From an uncultured Bacteroidales bacterium (GTDB taxonomy: Bacteria > Bacteroidota > Bacteroidia > Bacteroidales > Salinivirgaceae): a DNA stretch of 64,000 nucleotides. Where the stretch lies: positions 2,883-66,882 of the forward strand of contig CAYPSX010000001.1 in the NCBI GenBank assembly GCA_964413185.1, read 5' to 3'. Position numbers and translations under genes: made by a program. Of the stretch, positions 60,467-64,000 are shown in pieces. A model generated the notes under the pieces. That model was not told where the DNA came from. It saw only the letters and a program-made list of their open reading frames with translations, and searched no databases. Numbering within the stretch: position 1 is the stretch's first letter; every line of letters starts with the position of its first letter.

Positions 60467-61327
60467 CTAAAAAGCAAGGCTAACACCAAGACTTATTGGA
60501 TACAACTCAGGACCTTCGCCTTTTTTAAAGAGCGATTGTAAATTATAATTGCAATATAGGCCGAAATGATCAAATCCTACTTGCGCACGCAAACCATACG
60601 TAAGTGTATTTACGTGAAAGTCTTTCTTTGATTTACTTTTGTCGCCTGTGTTGGTTTCCAATTTTGTATGACTGCCAATTTTTAGTCCGCCATATCCACC
60701 TACTGCAAGCCAAAAGTTTTTATTGCCAAGTGGTTGCTGAATTTCCAGCATTACAGGAACATTCAGGTAAACAGTTGTAAGTTTGTTTTTTGAATAACTC
60801 ATTTCGCCCTGCGCAATTGTGTCTACATAAATAGAATCGCGGTCGTTTTGCAACACAAGTTGTTTGTTGTCGAATTTATAATTGCTCCAGCTAATTCCCA
60901 ATCCGGTAACTATTCCAAACCGGTTTTTTACAATGGGTATGGAAACATCGGCAATGTTCCAGTTGAATTGTATTGAACGAGAGTCATCCAGTTCCATATA
61001 TTCCTTACCTTCAGGAACATCGAGTTGATAATCGGGGTTTAGGTAATTGTTTAAACCGAGTTCAAAACCGGCGTAGTGGCCGTTAAATTTTCGGTTTATT
61101 TTCACATCTATATCCCAGCTTTTGTTGCAAGTGTCATCGTCATCGCTCCAGTTTTCAAATTTTTTGTCAAAATCTGACCGATCTTCAATTACAATGATTT
61201 TTTTTCCTCCTACTTTCAGGTAAGAAGTGTCCATCTTCGATTGTTTGGTTTTAATTGTGTCAGCTTCTTGTGCAAATACACTGGAAGCTGCAAAGATTAA
61301 TGCGAATGTTAAATTGATAAGTTTCAT
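60467..61327 (-). CDS. Outer-membrane beta-barrel (porin-like) protein
   Basis: Signal peptide; alternating strands (GLGISWSNYKF, YLNVPVMLEI, YGLRAQVGF); C-terminal GVSLAF. Confidence 0.8.
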   Translation of the reverse strand: MKLINLTFALIFAASSVFAQEADTIKTKQSKMDTSYLKVGGKKIIVIEDRSDFDKKFENWSDDDDTCNKSWDIDVKINRKFNGHYAGFELGLNNYLNPDYQLDVPEGKEYMELDDSRSIQFNWNIADVSIPIVKNRFGIVTGLGISWSNYKFDNKQLVLQNDRDSIYVDTIAQGEMSYSKNKLTTVYLNVPVMLEIQQPLGNKNFWLAVGGYGGLKIGSHTKLETNTGDKSKSKKDFHVNTLTYGLRAQVGFDHFGLYCNYNLQSLFKKGEGPELYPISLGVSLAF

Positions 61328-61360
61328 AATTTTTCGTTTTAAGGGTTATTTTGCCTATTG

Positions 61361-61387
61361 GACGAGGAGGTTGCTGATAAGTTACAG
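61361..61387 (-). promoter_or_regulatory. ECF-type promoter CTGTAAC-N16-CGTC
   Basis: Minus strand reads CTGTAAC ttatcagcaacctcct CGTC, about 33 nt upstream of the OMP start. Confidence 0.6.
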
Positions 61388-61442
61388 CGAAATGAAAAAA
61401 ATTTTTTCAATTTAGACTCAAACCAGGTATTAATTTCTATAT

Positions 61443-61473
61443 TTGACAAATAATGTCAAGACAATATTATGTC
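61443..61473 (+). promoter_or_regulatory. Tandem inverted-repeat operator (C-box-like) overlapping the HTH start codon
   Basis: TTGACA-aataa-TGTCAA (61443-59) followed directly by GACA-atatta-TGTC (61460-73); the ATG is at 61469. Confidence 0.65.
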
Positions 61474-61780
61474 AATACTGTTTGGTAAAAAAATAAAATT
61501 GCTCAGGGAAGCAAAACAAATGCCTCAGAGGCAGCTTGCTGCTGTGATGGAGATTGATACAGCTACGTATTGTAAAATAGAAAAAGGAGACAGACGAGCT
61601 AAACGAGAACAAGTCATCATGCTTGCAAAGTTTTTGAACGTTGACAAAAAAGAACTTCTTAGGCTTTGGTCAGCCGATAAAATTTATGAGTTAATTGCAG
61701 ATGAAGATGATGCTTCTATGATATTAAGCGTAGTTGCTGAAAACATTGTAAAATACAAACAAAAAACATTGAAAACATGA
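61469..61780 (+). CDS. XRE-family HTH regulator (controller protein-like)
   Basis: FGKKIKLLREAKQMPQRQLAAVMEIDTATYCKIEKGDR; first gene of the R-M operon; 4-nt overlap with the MTase. Confidence 0.85.
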   Translation: MSILFGKKIKLLREAKQMPQRQLAAVMEIDTATYCKIEKGDRRAKREQVIMLAKFLNVDKKELLRLWSADKIYELIADEDDASMILSVVAENIVKYKQKTLKT

Positions 61781-62688
61781 AACCATTAGTCAAATACAGG
61801 GGCGGCAAATCAAAAGAAATACCTCGCATCATAAAGCATATTCCAGAATATAAGGGAAATTATATTGAACCTTTTTTCGGTGGTGGTGCTCTATATTTTC
61901 ATTTAGAACCTAAGAAAGCTATTATTAATGATATTAATTCTAAGCTGATGGCTTTTTACAATGGAGTAAAAAATGATTTTGAGGAACTAAAAAAAGAACT
62001 TGAGAAAATAGGTAAGATTTACAAAACTAATCGACGAAATTTTGAGGAACTAAAATTGAAAACACCTGGACAAAGAGTAAAAGATAATAACGAAACACTT
62101 TATTATCAAATAAGGGAAATGTTTAATGATCTTACTGAAAAAGAATACTCAGATGCGCTTTTATATTTTTTTATAAACAAAACAGCGTATTCGGGAATGA
62201 TTCGCTATAATTCAAAAGGTGAATTTAATGTACCTTATGGGCGTTATGCAAACCTGAATACGTCATTGGTTACAGTATCGCATCACAGATTGCTTTCAAA
62301 TGCACAAATTTATAATCTTGACTATAAAGATATTTTTGAAATGGCAGGAGAAGATGATTTTATGTTTTTAGATCCACCCTACGATTGTATTTTTTCGGAT
62401 TATGGGAATGTAGAATATAAAGAAGATGGATTCAATGAAGAAAACCACAAAGAATTGGCTGGTAATTTTCGTAAATTAAAATGTAAAGCCTTGATGGTAA
62501 TTGGTAGAACTCCATTAACAGAGCAACTTTATGATGATATGATAGTAGATGAGTACGGGAAGTCTTATGCCGTAAACATTAGAAACAGATTTAAATCCTC
62601 TGCAAAACACATTTTGATTTCCAACTATGGTAATGAAGCCAAAAGACGCTTCCCTGAACTTGCGTTTCAACAAGAAATAGCACTATAA
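61777..62688 (+). CDS. Dam-family (D12 class) N6-adenine DNA methyltransferase
   Basis: KYRGGKS, EPFFGGGALYF, IINDIN, FNVPYG and FLDPPY motifs. Confidence 0.92.
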   Translation: MKPLVKYRGGKSKEIPRIIKHIPEYKGNYIEPFFGGGALYFHLEPKKAIINDINSKLMAFYNGVKNDFEELKKELEKIGKIYKTNRRNFEELKLKTPGQRVKDNNETLYYQIREMFNDLTEKEYSDALLYFFINKTAYSGMIRYNSKGEFNVPYGRYANLNTSLVTVSHHRLLSNAQIYNLDYKDIFEMAGEDDFMFLDPPYDCIFSDYGNVEYKEDGFNEENHKELAGNFRKLKCKALMVIGRTPLTEQLYDDMIVDEYGKSYAVNIRNRFKSSAKHILISNYGNEAKRRFPELAFQQEIAL

Positions 62689-62695
62689 ATTTTGT

Positions 62696-64000
62696 ATGGC
62701 AGCAATTGACAGTAAGTTTATATTTGTTACAACTTCCCCAAGAACTCCTGCTAAAATGATTCCTGAAATTGAGTTATTGAATACTCACTTTTCAGGTCAA
62801 AAATGGAATGCCGATACTCAAAGGGCTTTTATGGAGCTATTGAAAGAAAAAAATTTCTTTAATGGTACTGGAGCCAAAGACCCTGCATTTAGTGCAAGAG
62901 ATAGAATAAACCGAGCACCAAAAGCTCTTGGTTTTGTGTCTCTTTCGCCAAAAATACAGCTTACACCAGCAGGATTAGAGTTGGTAACTTCTAAAAGGAA
63001 AGAGGAAGTCTTTTTAAGACAGTTGCTTAAATTTCAAGTTCCCTCTCCATTCCATAAGCCAACAGACAGAGCGGCTGAATTTTGGGTAAAGCCTTATCTT
63101 GAACTATTTCGGTTAATTCAACATTTCGGTTTTTTGAAATTTGATGAATTAAGATTGTTTGGGCTTCAACTAACCGATTACCGCCATTTTAATACAATTG
63201 TTTCAAAAATTGAACAGTTCAGAATTGCAAAAGCAAAGAATCAAGGAAATTATAAGACGTTCTATAAAAAGTATTTATACGCAGAACTACGGTTAATTTA
63301 TTCAGACAGGATTCAATCGGGTGAGACAAAAACAAGAGAAACCAAAGACGCTTCCGTTGCAAATTTTTTAAAGATTCAAGCATCTAATCTCAGGGATTAT
63401 GCTGACGCCTGTGTTCGTTATTTACGAGCAACAGGATTGGTGAACATTTCTCATATTGGGAAGTCATTGGCCATCATCTCCGAAAAAAGAGAGGAAGTTG
63501 ATTACTTTTTGGAACATACCAATCAAGAACCAGCTTTTGTTGATAATGAAAAGCAATATGTTGATTATTTAGGGAATTCAGAACTTCCAAAGCTTCTAAC
63601 CGACAATCGGGATTTACTTGTCAATAAAATTCAATCAGAATTTCCTAAAACAAAAATTAACGATAAAATTAGTCTGAAAACATTAAAAAATATATTGGCT
63701 GACAAATTAGAAAATAGAAAAGAGCAACGCATAACCGATCAAGTACATGCTATAAAAGACTATCAGCTTTTTGAAGAAATTAACGCAACTTTTGACCAAA
63801 TTCTTGAAAATTCTTTATACGACTCACCTTTGATGTTGGAATGGAATACCTGGCGGGCAATGACAATGTTGGATGGTGGCAATATCAAAGCAAACTTAAA
63901 GTTTGATGACTTTGGAAAACCAATGTCCACAGCTCAAGGGAATATGGCAGATATTATTTGTGATTATGGCGATTTTGGATTGACTGTTGAAGTTACAATG
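62696..64000 (+). CDS. AlwI-family type II restriction endonuclease, 3' truncated by the window edge; absent from the ORF track
   Basis: Frame from ATG 62696 in register with the last codon at 64000: TTSPRTPAKMIPE...DPAFSARDRINRAPKALGFV...PMSTAQGNMADIICDYGDFGLTVEVTM. I translated the start, the end and parts of the middle by hand. Confidence 0.8.
   Translation, partial: MAAIDSKFIFVTTSPRTPAKMIPEIELLNTHFSGQKWNADTQRAFMELLKEKNFFNGTGAKDPAFSARDRINRAPKALGFVSLSPKIQLTPAGLELVTSKRKEEVFLRQLLKFQVPSPFHKPTDRAAEFWVKPYLELFRLIQHFGFLKFDELRLFGLQLTDYRHFNTIVSKIEQFRIAKAKNQGNYKTFYKKYLYAELRLIYSDRIQSGETKTRETKDASVANFLKIQASNLRDYADACVRYLRATGLVNISHIGKSLAIISEKREEVDYFLEHTNQEPAFVDNEKQYVDYLGNSELPKLLTDNRDLLVNKIQSEFPKTKINDKISLKTLKNILADKLENRKEQRITDQVHAIKDYQLFEEINATFDQILENSLYDSPLMLEWNTWRAMTMLDGGNIKANLKFDDFGKPMSTAQGNMADIICDYGDFGLTVEVTM

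Overview
This is a 64 kb window from a Bacteroidota (Bacteroidales/Marinilabiliales-like) chromosome. The assignment rests on TAnnTTTG sigma-A promoter elements, T9SS C-terminal sorting domains, a porZ-like gene and the NtrC-like/lptE/TPR/secG cluster. The backbone is housekeeping: msrA, polA, queD, tcdA, tatD, recO, rdgB, typA, ilvE, secG, lptE, and an F1Fo ATP synthase split into atpBEFHAG and atpDC by three unrelated genes. The accessory or unexplained elements are as follows. (1) A two-gene cassette with its own promoter, encoding a 966-aa N6-adenine methyltransferase and a translationally coupled ~228-aa PD-(D/E)xK-like protein, sits directly upstream of queD-polA. It is the best candidate for an uncharacterised defence system. 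(2) A stand-alone DUF262 protein lacking an HNH domain lies head-to-head with atpB. (3) An HTH/Dam-family/AlwI-family restriction-modification operon with tandem operators runs off the right edge; the REase gene is absent from the ORF track. (4) A ~150-nt rod-like hairpin has its own promoter and U-tract and looks like 6S RNA. (5) An ECF sigma/anti-sigma/DUF4097 operon is present, and a CTGTAAC-N16-CGTC promoter motif occurs before two distant outer-membrane barrel genes. (6) A membrane-anchored adenylate cyclase-HD fusion is flanked by a histidine kinase and a universal stress protein. No CRISPR array, tRNA, rRNA, integrase or transposase was seen. All calls come from reading the sequence by eye; no searches were run.
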